This document shows, piece by piece, positions 49,753-59,163 of a stretch of 61,104 nt of DNA. Made by a program: the position numbers and the translations under genes. Origin of the DNA: an uncultured Bifidobacteriales bacterium (GTDB lineage: Bacteria > Fibrobacterota > Fibrobacteria > UBA11236 > JADFYW01); NCBI GenBank assembly GCA_964603925.1, contig CAZRWX010000002.1, positions 1-61,104 on the forward strand, read 5' to 3'. A model generated the notes under the pieces. That model saw only the letters and a program-made list of their open reading frames with translations. It had not been told where the DNA came from and did not search any database. The stretch's first letter is position 1; every line of letters begins with the position of its first letter.

Positions 49753-49820
49753 TAGTATATAATATAAAAGTGGCTTAGACTGCGCCACTTTTATAGGGAA
49801 AATGATTTAAATGGTTTATA

Positions 49821-49922
49821 ATGTCTGATGAGCATTCTCACATCCTTCGACAGGCTCAGGGTGAGCGGGGGATATGCTCCATCAGTTTATTAGAATGCAA
49901 AGCAGAGCTTTCCATTCTAATA
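49821..49922. repeat. Structured repeat family F1 copy 2, with a nested F2-type hairpin (49844-49869)
   Basis: It shares ATGTCTGATGAGCATTCT, GCTCCATCAGTTTATTAGAA and TTCTAATA blocks with 3179-3256. Hairpin at 49890-49920. It begins 6 nt downstream of the rpmA stop in the transcript sense. Confidence 0.6.
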
Positions 49923-49928
49923 GCGAGG

Positions 49929-50189
49929 TTATACTGGCTGGGGATAAACGGATACTTTTGTCCGTTTTTTGTCTTTGCGCTCGAATTTGACATTGCCATC
50001 AATGAGTGAAAAGATGGTATAATCCCGCCCCAGTCCGACATTCACGCCCGGATGCCATTTAGTGCCGGCTTGACGAAGGATAATATTGCCTGGCTTAACT
50101 AACTCACCACCATATTTTTTAATACCCCGGTATTTTGGATTTGAGTCTCTATTATTCCTAGAACTGCCTAAACCTTTTTTATGTGCCAT
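49929..50189 (-). CDS. rpmA: 50S ribosomal protein L27
   Basis: [19 protein letters not shown]...[12 protein letters not shown] is the L27 signature. Confidence 0.95.
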   Translation of the reverse strand: MAHKKGLGSSRNNRDSNPKYRGIKKYGGELVKPGNIILRQAGTKWHPGVNVGLGRDYTIFSLIDGNVKFERKDKKRTKVSVYPQPV

Positions 50190-50195
50190 GGTACT

Positions 50196-50672
50196 TTATT
50201 CTCCTTCATTCTCTTTTTTAGGGTCCTTCTCAGGAAGGGAATTTTGCTCAAGCTTGGACAGGGCCTTTTTAGGGAGGGCGTCTGTTTTGAGGTTAGCGAT
50301 AGCTTTGACGCGTGCCCTTGCTCTTATCAATACTTTTTCATCTACCGATTCATTAGAGTCTGGAGAAACAAACTCTTTAATGATGACTTCGGTGTATTGC
50401 TGACGGTGCCCCTGGGTGCGGCGATAGGCCTTTCGGCGCTCTTTCTTGAAAACCTTTACCTTATGATCTTTACAATGAGCCAGCACTTCTGCTTTAACTT
50501 GCTCTGTCTCTATATAGGGAGTGCCAACTTGGATATCCTCACCTTTTACGGACATAAGGACATTAGGGAAAACTAAATCTGAACCTACTTCAGCTGAAAC
50601 TTTGGGAACCTTTAATGTTTCCCCTAAAACAACCTTATGCTGAAAACCTTTTGCTTCTATGACTTTGTACAT
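50196..50672 (-). CDS. rplU: 50S ribosomal protein L21 with ~55-aa charged C-terminal extension
   Basis: MYKVIEAKGFQHKV...KKERRKAYRRTQGHRQ is the L21 core. It lies immediately upstream of rpmA. Confidence 0.9.
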   Translation of the reverse strand: MYKVIEAKGFQHKVVLGETLKVPKVSAEVGSDLVFPNVLMSVKGEDIQVGTPYIETEQVKAEVLAHCKDHKVKVFKKERRKAYRRTQGHRQQYTEVIIKEFVSPDSNESVDEKVLIRARARVKAIANLKTDALPKKALSKLEQNSLPEKDPKKENEGE

Positions 50673-50783
50673 TAGATGATCCTGTTCTTACAATAATTAT
50701 GCGTGCTCAAATCTATTAAAAGCATGGGTAATTTCAAGGAATAAGGCAAATTCACACATTTTTGGACAAACTAATACCAAAGA

Positions 50784-51794
50784 TTACTTAAGGTTGGCGG
50801 AAATTTGACCTCGATATGAAGTATCCAGATAAGTAACCTTATATTTTTTAACTAATTTTTGCAGATAAAGCTCTAATTTCTCTTGATTTTCCATGTTTTG
50901 CTTCATAATCAGGGCCTGGATAATTTGCAGCCTGTAATTATTGGGGTTGCCGTCGTTTTTCTCGGTAACTAATACCAGATGCCAGCCAATGGGGGTGCGA
51001 AATATTTCGCTTAAATCACCAACATTTAGACCTTTAATAGCCTTTTGGAACTCCGCCAGGAAATCTGTTGCTTTAAATCGGCCTAAATCACCACCTTTTT
51101 TGGCTTCGGGGCTTTGAGATAGGGAATAGGCAATTTGTGAAAACTTCTCTACCAGGAATTCTATTGAGGTTTCAAGCATTAGCTGGGCTTTTATTTCTTC
51201 AAGTTTTTGCCTAGCTTCTCCTGCTGATGTTATGCTTGTACCTGCCGGAAGCTGAATCACAATTTGGCTGGCCCGCAGGGAATCATTTACTGGAATATCA
51301 GATTTATTATCTTCAAAAAATTGGCTAATTGCCTTTTTATCCGGTTTTTTTAAAGGTGTTAGATATTTGTAGAGCAGTTTTTCGATGCGGATCTGCTTCT
51401 TCAGCTTTTTTTTAAGGGATTCTTCTGTATCACCTACATTTTTAATCGCAGTTTTAAAATCCTGGTCATTCTTGAAATTAGCCTTAAACATGTCAAAAAT
51501 AGAATCCAATTCACTTTTGCTTACAATAATATTGGTTACATTAGATTCCAGATTGAGCAACTCATGACCAATGAGATTGCCTGCTACAGCTTTTTTAAGA
51601 ATATTGTGCTGCTGCCCGGTCAACTTTTGCCCGGGAAGCTGTTGTTGACCTAAAAGTATGGCCAGAGAATCTATTCGCTCTTTTGAAATAGTGGTTTTGC
51701 CAATTTTAATGGCAGGCGTGGCCTGTGTAAATGAACAGCAGAAAAGAGCCAGAAATGTCAGACTTGGAATAGCTGTCCTGAAAGAGAATACCAT
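50784..51794 (-). CDS. Parvulin-type peptidyl-prolyl isomerase (SurA/PrsA-like)
   Basis: Signal peptide plus the PpiC domain GGDLGRF...IGWHLVLV. Confidence 0.8.
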   Translation of the reverse strand: MVFSFRTAIPSLTFLALFCCSFTQATPAIKIGKTTISKERIDSLAILLGQQQLPGQKLTGQQHNILKKAVAGNLIGHELLNLESNVTNIIVSKSELDSIFDMFKANFKNDQDFKTAIKNVGDTEESLKKKLKKQIRIEKLLYKYLTPLKKPDKKAISQFFEDNKSDIPVNDSLRASQIVIQLPAGTSITSAGEARQKLEEIKAQLMLETSIEFLVEKFSQIAYSLSQSPEAKKGGDLGRFKATDFLAEFQKAIKGLNVGDLSEIFRTPIGWHLVLVTEKNDGNPNNYRLQIIQALIMKQNMENQEKLELYLQKLVKKYKVTYLDTSYRGQISANLK

Positions 51795-51958
51795 ATTGTA
51801 ACTCCGATAAATTAGTTAATCTATAAGTTAGATCATTTTCTGGGCTTTGTATATTAAGACTTCCTGGGAGTAAGGCCGGTTTTTAAGGAAATGAAATTGA
51901 TACTGCCGGATGTATTTGATTCTTGTTCTGACTTAACCTTAATATTTATAATATAGTA

Positions 51959-53530
51959 ATGGACAATACGTATGATCTGGTAGTAGTTGGCGGTGGCATT
52001 AACGGTTCGGCGCTGGCCAGGTTGTCTGCTTATCAGGGGCTCAAAGTATTATTGCTGGAATCGTCAGATTTCGGAGCTGAAACAAGTTCCGCCTCCTCAA
52101 AACTAATACATGGCGGTATTCGTTATCTGGAATATTTTGATTTCCCCCTTGTAAGGGAGTCTCTCCTGGAGCGGGAAGACCTGCTATTAACTGCGCCTCA
52201 TCTTGTGTCTTCATGGCCATTTTACTTCCCGATTAACCAAGCAAACCGTCACAATGCCCTGGGTGTAGGGTTGGGATTAAGGCTATATGATCTCCTGAGC
52301 GGCAGGTTTAAGGCATCCTATAAATGGCTGCCCAGGAAGAAGTTGATAGAAAAAGAGCCTGCTTTTAAGACCCAGGCAGGCAAAGGCGCTTTTCGGTATA
52401 ACGATTGCATTGTAGATGATGCTCGTTTGGTACTGGAAAATGTGCTGGATGCTGCGCGAATGGGGGCCAGGGTTCTTAACTATCATCATTTTAATTCTGT
52501 TGAGGAAACCGAATATTCTGGTGAAAAAGTTCTGGAAGTATCGGTATTAAGCAAGTTGGAGGGTGTAGAAAAGGAATTTACCTGCCGGAATCTTGCTTTT
52601 TGTCTGGGGCCGTGGAATGACACGGTAATTTCTAAAGAATTTAAGGGCACTATTCCACAGTTAAGAAGGAGTCAAGGTATACATCTGTTTGTCAGGCGTT
52701 TACCTTTGAATTCATGTTTTATTTTACCTGTGCCAGGGTCTAACAGGTATGTCTTTATTCTGCCCTGGCGCGGTGGGCATTTACTAGGTACTACAGAGAC
52801 CGATATTGCTTTGTCAGATGAAGGTCCATTTCTTCCGAGAGAAGGTGAAATCAAGGAACTGCACCAGATATTTAAGTACTATTTCCCAAATATTGAATTA
52901 AACGTTATATGTACCATTTGTGGTGTAAGACCACTGGCGGCCAATAAATCAAAAAGCACGGTATCTGCCAGCCGCAGGCACAAAATACATAAGGTACATC
53001 CCCATGTGTATACCGGTGTGGGTGGCAAATACACTACACACAGGGTCTTTGCGGAAGATTTTTATAAGGAAATTTATGGAAGTAAATTAAAATATGAATC
53101 CCTTAAATCAAAATCATTCCCGGGGGCATGGTCTGTGAGTAGAGAACAAACTGCCCACGCTCTGGCAAGGTTTGAATTTGTTGATAACCTGATAATGGAC
53201 AGATGGCTTGATGTTTATGGTCAAAGGTCGTTGGAACTGGCGAATTTTATCCAGGCAAAACCAGAAAATAAAGAGTTTATATCAAGTACTTATGGGTTGA
53301 TGAAAGGTGAAGTTAAATATTGTATCGAACGTGAATGGGCCCGGCTGCCGGTAGATTTCCTTCGCCGGCGTACGGGCCTTTATTATACAGAATCCGGGGG
53401 ATTTGATGTTTATCAGGAGGTCAAGGAAGTATTTAACAAACTTGTGCCTCATATGAATTCTCTGGAAGACGAATGTACTTATACCCAATATCTTCAAAAC
53501 TTTTGTCACAGGGCAGTAGATGCAGAGTGA
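51959..53530 (+). CDS. glpD: FAD-dependent glycerol-3-phosphate dehydrogenase
   Basis: DLVVVGGGINGSA FAD motif, SSKLIHGGIRYLE, and a GGKYTTHR region typical of GlpD. Confidence 0.9.
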   Translation: MDNTYDLVVVGGGINGSALARLSAYQGLKVLLLESSDFGAETSSASSKLIHGGIRYLEYFDFPLVRESLLEREDLLLTAPHLVSSWPFYFPINQANRHNALGVGLGLRLYDLLSGRFKASYKWLPRKKLIEKEPAFKTQAGKGAFRYNDCIVDDARLVLENVLDAARMGARVLNYHHFNSVEETEYSGEKVLEVSVLSKLEGVEKEFTCRNLAFCLGPWNDTVISKEFKGTIPQLRRSQGIHLFVRRLPLNSCFILPVPGSNRYVFILPWRGGHLLGTTETDIALSDEGPFLPREGEIKELHQIFKYYFPNIELNVICTICGVRPLAANKSKSTVSASRRHKIHKVHPHVYTGVGGKYTTHRVFAEDFYKEIYGSKLKYESLKSKSFPGAWSVSREQTAHALARFEFVDNLIMDRWLDVYGQRSLELANFIQAKPENKEFISSTYGLMKGEVKYCIEREWARLPVDFLRRRTGLYYTESGGFDVYQEVKEVFNKLVPHMNSLEDECTYTQYLQNFCHRAVDAE

Positions 53531-53536
53531 TACAGG

Positions 53537-54526
53537 TTAAAATACATTAAATGGGCGCTGTCTTAAGTCCAGAAGATGGACCTTTTGGGCAGGTTTGATT
53601 TCGGTACTTGTCTCTTTTAATTTACAGGTAAAATCTTCTCCGTCTATTTGTATATACTCATTATCCAATTTTGAGAATTTGACTTTTTGAGCGGGCAAAA
53701 GCTGGCTGGGATTTGTTATCAAGGCTGAAAGATAAGGCGACACCCTGCTCATTACCATATGTATTAAGAACCTCCAGGGGCTCTTAAAAAGTAAAATATC
53801 AAGCTGATTATCATTGAATTTTGATAATGGAAAAGGCCTTGAACCGCCGGCATAGGAATTAATATTGTTTACCAGGCAGCAGGAATAACCTTCTAACGGG
53901 ATTGACTGGTCTTTGCCCTGATATGTAGCTGTCAGGATTAAATTTGATGAAATTTTATATGATAACCGTGAGAAAAAACCCTTAAGATAAAATAGTTTAT
54001 TAAGCAGGATGCTTTTTGGCAGGACTTGCTTTTTTCGGGCAGTGTCAAAGTCATGAAGTATCGCAGCATCCATTCCAATACTCAGATAGGCTGCCAGAGA
54101 GAATTTGCCCCCTACACTCCATAAATCAAACTTTGTTGAATTTGCGCGTAGTAATCTTTTAATACACGCAAGCAGGCCTTTTTGATGGTATACTTGATAA
54201 ACTCCAAGTACTCTTCCAAGATCATTGCCGGTACCTAATGGTATCAAACCTATTTTAATTTCCTTATGATCGTGAAAGCATAGCTGGTTAAGGATATAAC
54301 CGATAGTCCCGTCCCCGCCTACAGCTACTAATTTTTGAGAATGGGTCAGCAGCTCTTTAACCTGCCCTGTCAGGTTATCCGGAGTGGTCAAGCAGGCCAC
54401 CCAGGAATCGCTTTTATAACCAAAAGAGGCCATTATTTCCGGCAAATGATTATAAACTCTGGAGCCCAGGCCGCCTCCGGAAATGGGATTGATTAAAAAA
54501 GCAAAAGCGTATTTTTTCACGGGCAC
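53537..54526 (-). CDS. Diacylglycerol/lipid kinase family protein (YegS/BmrU-like)
   Basis: LINPISGGG, VAVGGDGTIGY and IPLGTGNDLGR motifs. Confidence 0.85.
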   Translation of the reverse strand: MPVKKYAFAFLINPISGGGLGSRVYNHLPEIMASFGYKSDSWVACLTTPDNLTGQVKELLTHSQKLVAVGGDGTIGYILNQLCFHDHKEIKIGLIPLGTGNDLGRVLGVYQVYHQKGLLACIKRLLRANSTKFDLWSVGGKFSLAAYLSIGMDAAILHDFDTARKKQVLPKSILLNKLFYLKGFFSRLSYKISSNLILTATYQGKDQSIPLEGYSCCLVNNINSYAGGSRPFPLSKFNDNQLDILLFKSPWRFLIHMVMSRVSPYLSALITNPSQLLPAQKVKFSKLDNEYIQIDGEDFTCKLKETSTEIKPAQKVHLLDLRQRPFNVF

Positions 54527-54528
54527 AC

Positions 54529-55128
54529 TTACCGGAAAAATTTTAGAAATTTAAGAAGGAAAAAGTCTTTTTGCCTGCTGATAAATTCCCGGAGAAGAAA
54601 GGGCTTTTGAGAACGGGATGTATTGTCCGGGGCCACCAGACCATAGGCTGTTAAATTAATGGACTTGGCGATATAGAGCGCCCGGGGCAGGTGATACTCC
54701 TGACTTACGATGAGAATAGATTTTAAATTGAATGCCTGCCGACAGTTAAAAATTGTAGCATAGGTTGATCTGCCGGCGGGATCTTCCAGTATATGCTGCC
54801 CTGGTACAAAGCGCTGCCGGGCAAAATCTGCCATGGCTCGAGGCTCATTATAGCCCTCATTTGTTTTGTGTCCGGAAAATATCATTAAAAGAGTGTCCTT
54901 TGATAACATACAGCGGATTGCTGTCTCCACCCTGCTCTGCAGTACTGGTGATAGTTTCCCCGACCTGTATACGCTGGCTCCTGGTACAACTATTGCCTGT
55001 ACCTTAGGTACTTTGTCCAAATCTTTAAAAATAAATGGCCTGGCGCTTACGATGATATAAGCGTTAATTATCCACATAAAGAGAAGTATTGCGGCAATAA
55101 TTATTAAAATAAATTTAAGAAAACGCAT
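54529..55128 (-). CDS. SanA/YdcF (DUF218) family protein
   Basis: N-terminal TM, VVPGASVYRSGKLSPVLQSRV and IVSQEYHLPRALYIA motifs. Confidence 0.75.
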   Translation of the reverse strand: MRFLKFILIIIAAILLFMWIINAYIIVSARPFIFKDLDKVPKVQAIVVPGASVYRSGKLSPVLQSRVETAIRCMLSKDTLLMIFSGHKTNEGYNEPRAMADFARQRFVPGQHILEDPAGRSTYATIFNCRQAFNLKSILIVSQEYHLPRALYIAKSINLTAYGLVAPDNTSRSQKPFLLREFISRQKDFFLLKFLKFFR

Positions 55129-55247
55129 ATGTTTGCGGGCAGGTATATTTACAATTGGGTTACATTATTGATTTTACCTAATTGGTGATACCTGTTCGGG
55201 TAAGTGTTATATTGCCAGGTCTTTAAATTAAATATAAATGACCAGTG

Positions 55248-55691
55248 TTAACGGCAAATAAATGAATATGGCTCATAGGATACACTGTCCTGTGGTTTAA
55301 ACCAGTAGGAAATTTCTCTTTGAGCGCTTTCTGGAGTGTCGGATGAATGTACAATATTATGAGTAATATCCGGAGCAAAGTTGTGACGAATGGTACCGGG
55401 AAGCGCCTGGTCAGGGGAAGTGGCCCCATTTATGGTGCGGGCACTTGTTATGGCGTTTTCCCCACTTAGTACCATGAGTACCGACGCCCCTGATGAAACA
55501 AAATTTATTAAACTCTGGAAAAAAGGCTTGCCCTTATGCTCAATATAAAACCCTTGGGCCTCCTGAGTGGAAATTTGCTTAATTTTAATGGCGCTTATAC
55601 ATAGCCTGGCCTTTTCATAACGGGATATTATTTCCCCGATAAGGCCGTGTGAAACTCCGTTTGGCTTGATCATTACAAATGTTGATTCCAT
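55248..55691 (-). CDS. ndk: Nucleoside-diphosphate kinase
   Basis: TFVMIKPNGV, GATSP...GTIRHNF and the active-site NIVHSSD. Confidence 0.9.
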   Translation of the reverse strand: MESTFVMIKPNGVSHGLIGEIISRYEKARLCISAIKIKQISTQEAQGFYIEHKGKPFFQSLINFVSSGASVLMVLSGENAITSARTINGATSPDQALPGTIRHNFAPDITHNIVHSSDTPESAQREISYWFKPQDSVSYEPYSFICR

Positions 55692-55856
55692 GGTTCTCCT
55701 TAGTGCTTTGGTCCATATTGAGTAGTGGCATTAAAAGTATCAAAAAATAGCCATATAAGCAAAATGAATAAATTTCAGCATAAAACTCCAGCTTGTGCCA
55801 AAACCAGCCAGAATCCCCTTCACTAGAAGCTTAAAATTCATTATATTTTCGTTCAG

Positions 55857-55929
55857 GCGGATTTAGCTCAGTTGGTAGAGCTCCTGCTTCCCAAGCAGGT
55901 GGTCGTCGGTTCGAATCCGATAATCCGCT
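55857..55929 (+). tRNA. tRNA-Gly (anticodon CCC)
   Basis: Manual cloverleaf: acceptor GCGGATT/AATCCGC, D arm GCTC-AGTTGGTA-GAGC, anticodon arm CCTGC-TTCCCAA-GCAGG, T arm GTCGG-TTCGAAT-CCGAT, discriminator T. No encoded CCA. Confidence 0.9.
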
Positions 55930-55965
55930 CTTGTATGGCCAATTCGGAAATTGGCCATACAAGAG
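55928..55965. terminator. Perfect 17-bp hairpin shared by the tRNA 3' end and the convergent 55966-58110 gene (bidirectional terminator candidate)
   Basis: CTCTTGTATGGCCAATT-cgga-AATTGGCCATACAAGAG. The left arm starts inside the last 2 nt of the tRNA, and the right arm ends 1 nt before the stop codon of the minus-strand gene. There is no U-run. Confidence 0.6.
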
Positions 55966-58110
55966 TTACGACTCCTCAAATACTGGCATTAAGGCCCCGC
56001 CGCTTTCTATGTTTCTTATCATCCAGTCAGCGTCATCAGCTAAGTCACAGTTGGGGAAGTTTTCAAGTACAGACTTAAAGGCTTCAATGGCTTTTTTATC
56101 ATCTTTAAGATTTTCTGAGTATATAAAACCTATCATGAATTGAGCTTTATAATTGTTGGGGCTCTTGGGATATAAATAAAGCAACCTGCGGTATTCACCC
56201 AATGCTTCCTGAAATTTTTCAAATTCTATATATACCTGTGCCATACCCAGGCTGACAGAGTCCTGCAGACTGTGAGCCTGGGGAAAACTTTTTCGTATGT
56301 GCTTATATTGATTCAGCGCCTCGTTTAATTTGCGATCTGCATGAAGATTTTGAGCCAGAGCGTATGCCTTTATCGGGTCCGATTCAGACATCTCCTGATA
56401 GGCAGAATCCAGTATAACGGCATTATATTTTTTAGTAAGATTTTCATTTATTCTATTCTTGGCCAGGGTCAGGTATTCAGATTTTATATTTTGAAAAATT
56501 TGATATTTTGCCTGCTCAAAGGGAATTTGCATTGAGTCTTTAACATAATTATGAGGAAATGAATGGTATTCTATCTCTAATTCTAAAGGATTCATCGTAA
56601 GAAATGCAGCCACATCGCGGGCATAATTATTACTGTAATCAGCGTTTGCCGGTTCCTTGACGAAAAGGGCTTTATTTTTGTTAAAGGCCTTGGCTAAAAC
56701 TGATGAATCAAAACCAAAGTTATCATGTTCAATGGAATCTTTATAGGCTTGTGACCAGTAACCGTCCTTTTCTATCTGGAGGATTACCTGGATTGCTGGG
56801 TCTTTTAATAGGCCTAACTCATTTGCTTCAAGATAGACTAAATCCCATAAGACTAAGAAACCTATAAGATCCTCTCTGGTGTATCTTTTTTGAAATTGAG
56901 GGGGAATTTCCGTTCTTAAAAACAGCACATCTTCTTCAGTTATTTTGCCTTTTCCATTATAGGTGGCCAAAACCTGTTCTGGTGATATGCTCTCCCCGTT
57001 AGCCTTTATATAGTCTTGTTTTACAATAGTTTTAATCATGTCCAAGGGCTTTAGTTGCCCAAGTTTCTTGTCATGCAGCACAAAAACATGCCATTTTTGT
57101 GTTTGAGGGCTAACTATGGGGAGTGTAATTTTAAACCCACCGGAAAGCGTAGACATACTGTCAAGAATGGGAAATAATGCCGGTAGAGTGCCAATACCAA
57201 AAGGAAGACAGTGAGTTTTTTTGATGTAGCCAATATACCCATTGCTGGCTTTAGTCCACGAGTTCTGTGAATTGGCTGCCCGGGCTTTAAAGTCTTCCAG
57301 GTTTTTAGTGCCTTTAAGAATATCTACTAGACCCTCTTTGGAATCCAGCTCTAGATGTGATATTTCATAAGTATCTTTATAGCGATAATTTTCTTTATGG
57401 GATTGGTAAAAGCTTTGGAGATTTTCTTCTGAGATTATGGTTTCTGGTTTATAAGTGATTACATTGTACTTGCTGTATAATGTTTCTTTGAGATTACGAT
57501 TGAGACCTTCCTTATAATTTTGAAGATAATCTTTCTGGATTCGGTCTAAGTTCTCCGCCAGGGGAGGTAATAGAGTGTCCTGGCCGGTAACTTTTATGTA
57601 CCGGGGTTTATTTGCCTGATAGAAAGAATCTAATTTTGCCGCTTCAAGCAGGTATTTATCTACAACTTTTGGCTTAGCTTGAATGAAAGTGGGGACATTT
57701 GAATCTGTTTTAAATTGGTCCATATGTTTATCGAAATAATTGATAAGAGTTTTTTCCTGAACCCCCCCATTTTCGCTAATAAACCACTCTCTGTAACGTT
57801 GATGGATGATGCGCTTTGATACAGACTCATACCGGCGTTTGAGGACTGGATCGTTGGTTAGCCCTGCTTCTTCGGCTGCCATGTATTGGGCTTTTGTCTC
57901 TAAAAGCAGCTTAAGAAAAGCAATTTTCTTTGCCTTTTCTGATAAATCTTTTTGAATGACATTTTTCCGGGCCTCGTAGACCTGATTAAACTGATTTTCT
58001 CTTATGGATATCGAGCCTATCCTGGCAATAATTTTGGAATTATCACTTAATTTTGTACAGGAAAAAAGTGTGATAATTGCCAGTGAAATTGGGAAAATAC
58101 TACTTTTCAT
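55966..58110 (-). CDS. PpiD/SurA-like periplasmic chaperone-type protein with C-terminal TPR (YbgF-like) region
   Basis: Lipoprotein-like signal (ITLFSCT), a long helical SurA-N-like region, a degenerate parvulin-like segment and C-terminal TPR repeats. Confidence 0.55.
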   Translation of the reverse strand: MKSSIFPISLAIITLFSCTKLSDNSKIIARIGSISIRENQFNQVYEARKNVIQKDLSEKAKKIAFLKLLLETKAQYMAAEEAGLTNDPVLKRRYESVSKRIIHQRYREWFISENGGVQEKTLINYFDKHMDQFKTDSNVPTFIQAKPKVVDKYLLEAAKLDSFYQANKPRYIKVTGQDTLLPPLAENLDRIQKDYLQNYKEGLNRNLKETLYSKYNVITYKPETIISEENLQSFYQSHKENYRYKDTYEISHLELDSKEGLVDILKGTKNLEDFKARAANSQNSWTKASNGYIGYIKKTHCLPFGIGTLPALFPILDSMSTLSGGFKITLPIVSPQTQKWHVFVLHDKKLGQLKPLDMIKTIVKQDYIKANGESISPEQVLATYNGKGKITEEDVLFLRTEIPPQFQKRYTREDLIGFLVLWDLVYLEANELGLLKDPAIQVILQIEKDGYWSQAYKDSIEHDNFGFDSSVLAKAFNKNKALFVKEPANADYSNNYARDVAAFLTMNPLELEIEYHSFPHNYVKDSMQIPFEQAKYQIFQNIKSEYLTLAKNRINENLTKKYNAVILDSAYQEMSESDPIKAYALAQNLHADRKLNEALNQYKHIRKSFPQAHSLQDSVSLGMAQVYIEFEKFQEALGEYRRLLYLYPKSPNNYKAQFMIGFIYSENLKDDKKAIEAFKSVLENFPNCDLADDADWMIRNIESGGALMPVFEES

Positions 58111-58195
58111 GGGAGCCGCCTGAATTTAGAATATAAAACTTAAACCTAAAATAATTTTGAAAAACCGTAAATTTTAGAGGAAGAAGGGGCAATGA

Positions 58196-58552
58196 TTACT
58201 CGGCAGAATCAAGCGCATGCTCATTGGACTGGTGGATTTCCAGAAGAGAATTGGCGCCAACAATTTCAATTATTTCATACACATTTTCATTAATATTTGT
58301 GATTTTGAAAAAGCCCTTTTTACCTCGTGTTATCTGACTGAAATGGAGCAGTATGCCAAGCCCTGTACTGGTTATATAACGCAATTTTTTAAAGTCTGCG
58401 ATTATCTTATAAATGCCCTGATTAAAAAGACCAGAGATAATATCATCAGTATGTTTAACGTTGGATCCTGCTAAATCCCCAATAAAATGAATCAATCTGC
58501 CATTTACCAGCTCTTTGATTTCCTCGATTTGCAGTTCAATGATATTATTCAT
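58196..58552 (-). CDS. STAS-domain protein (anti-sigma-factor antagonist-like)
   Basis: 118 aa. The LRYITSTGLGILL segment corresponds to the SpoIIAA phospho-Ser/Thr region. Confidence 0.75.
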   Translation of the reverse strand: MNNIIELQIEEIKELVNGRLIHFIGDLAGSNVKHTDDIISGLFNQGIYKIIADFKKLRYITSTGLGILLHFSQITRGKKGFFKITNINENVYEIIEIVGANSLLEIHQSNEHALDSAE

Positions 58553-59163
58553 GGAAATGTGGTGTTATAGGTATCGAAGGAAAAACCAGAGGTAACCTGA
58601 CCGATTCTTCTTGTGATTTTTGCAGCTAAATTTGACATTAGCAATCTTATAGCTTTGTCTTTATCCATAGCATCGATAAAAGCTCTGTTATTGTTAATAG
58701 GACCGGGAAACCATTTTATTACACTAATAGAATCTACAATTACTCCTGAAAAAAGCAAAGTGTGTTTGTTAGTTTCCAAAATAGTTAGCTCTGCATGGCC
58801 TTTATAAGTGAAAGTGGCAGAAAATGGCCGCCAGATACTTTTTGAGACCCTGGGAACTATTTTGTTGAGATATATGGAGGATATTAACATGTCTCCCATA
58901 ATATTGCTGATTTCTTTGGCTTTTTTGTCATTTGGGAGCTTTTTAGAAAGAATTTGCTGTGTCTGAAGTTTGATTATTTCTTCTTCGGATACTATGTCGA
59001 GATTGCTTTGACCTTCCAGTTTCTCAAAAATCTGCCTGGATAGACTGGTTTTTATATCCGGATGCTCCTCAGACACTATGCCTAAAAATGCAAATATCAG
59101 CTGTTGACCCGAGCTTATGCCGGTAATAAATAGAAAAAATGCTAAAAACCGCAGATAAATCAT
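58549..59163 (-). CDS. Hypothetical secreted protein
   Basis: Signal-like N-terminus. It overlaps both neighbours by 4 nt. No recognisable domain. Confidence 0.45.
   Translation of the reverse strand: MIYLRFLAFFLFITGISSGQQLIFAFLGIVSEEHPDIKTSLSRQIFEKLEGQSNLDIVSEEEIIKLQTQQILSKKLPNDKKAKEISNIMGDMLISSIYLNKIVPRVSKSIWRPFSATFTYKGHAELTILETNKHTLLFSGVIVDSISVIKWFPGPINNNRAFIDAMDKDKAIRLLMSNLAAKITRRIGQVTSGFSFDTYNTTFP

Noticed and set aside
47257-49788. An FGE/C-type-lectin-fold surface protein as a possible diversity-generating retroelement target.
   Set aside because: The window has no reverse transcriptase and no template-repeat copy of the 3' end. The C-terminal region lacks the Asn-rich variable-codon pattern.
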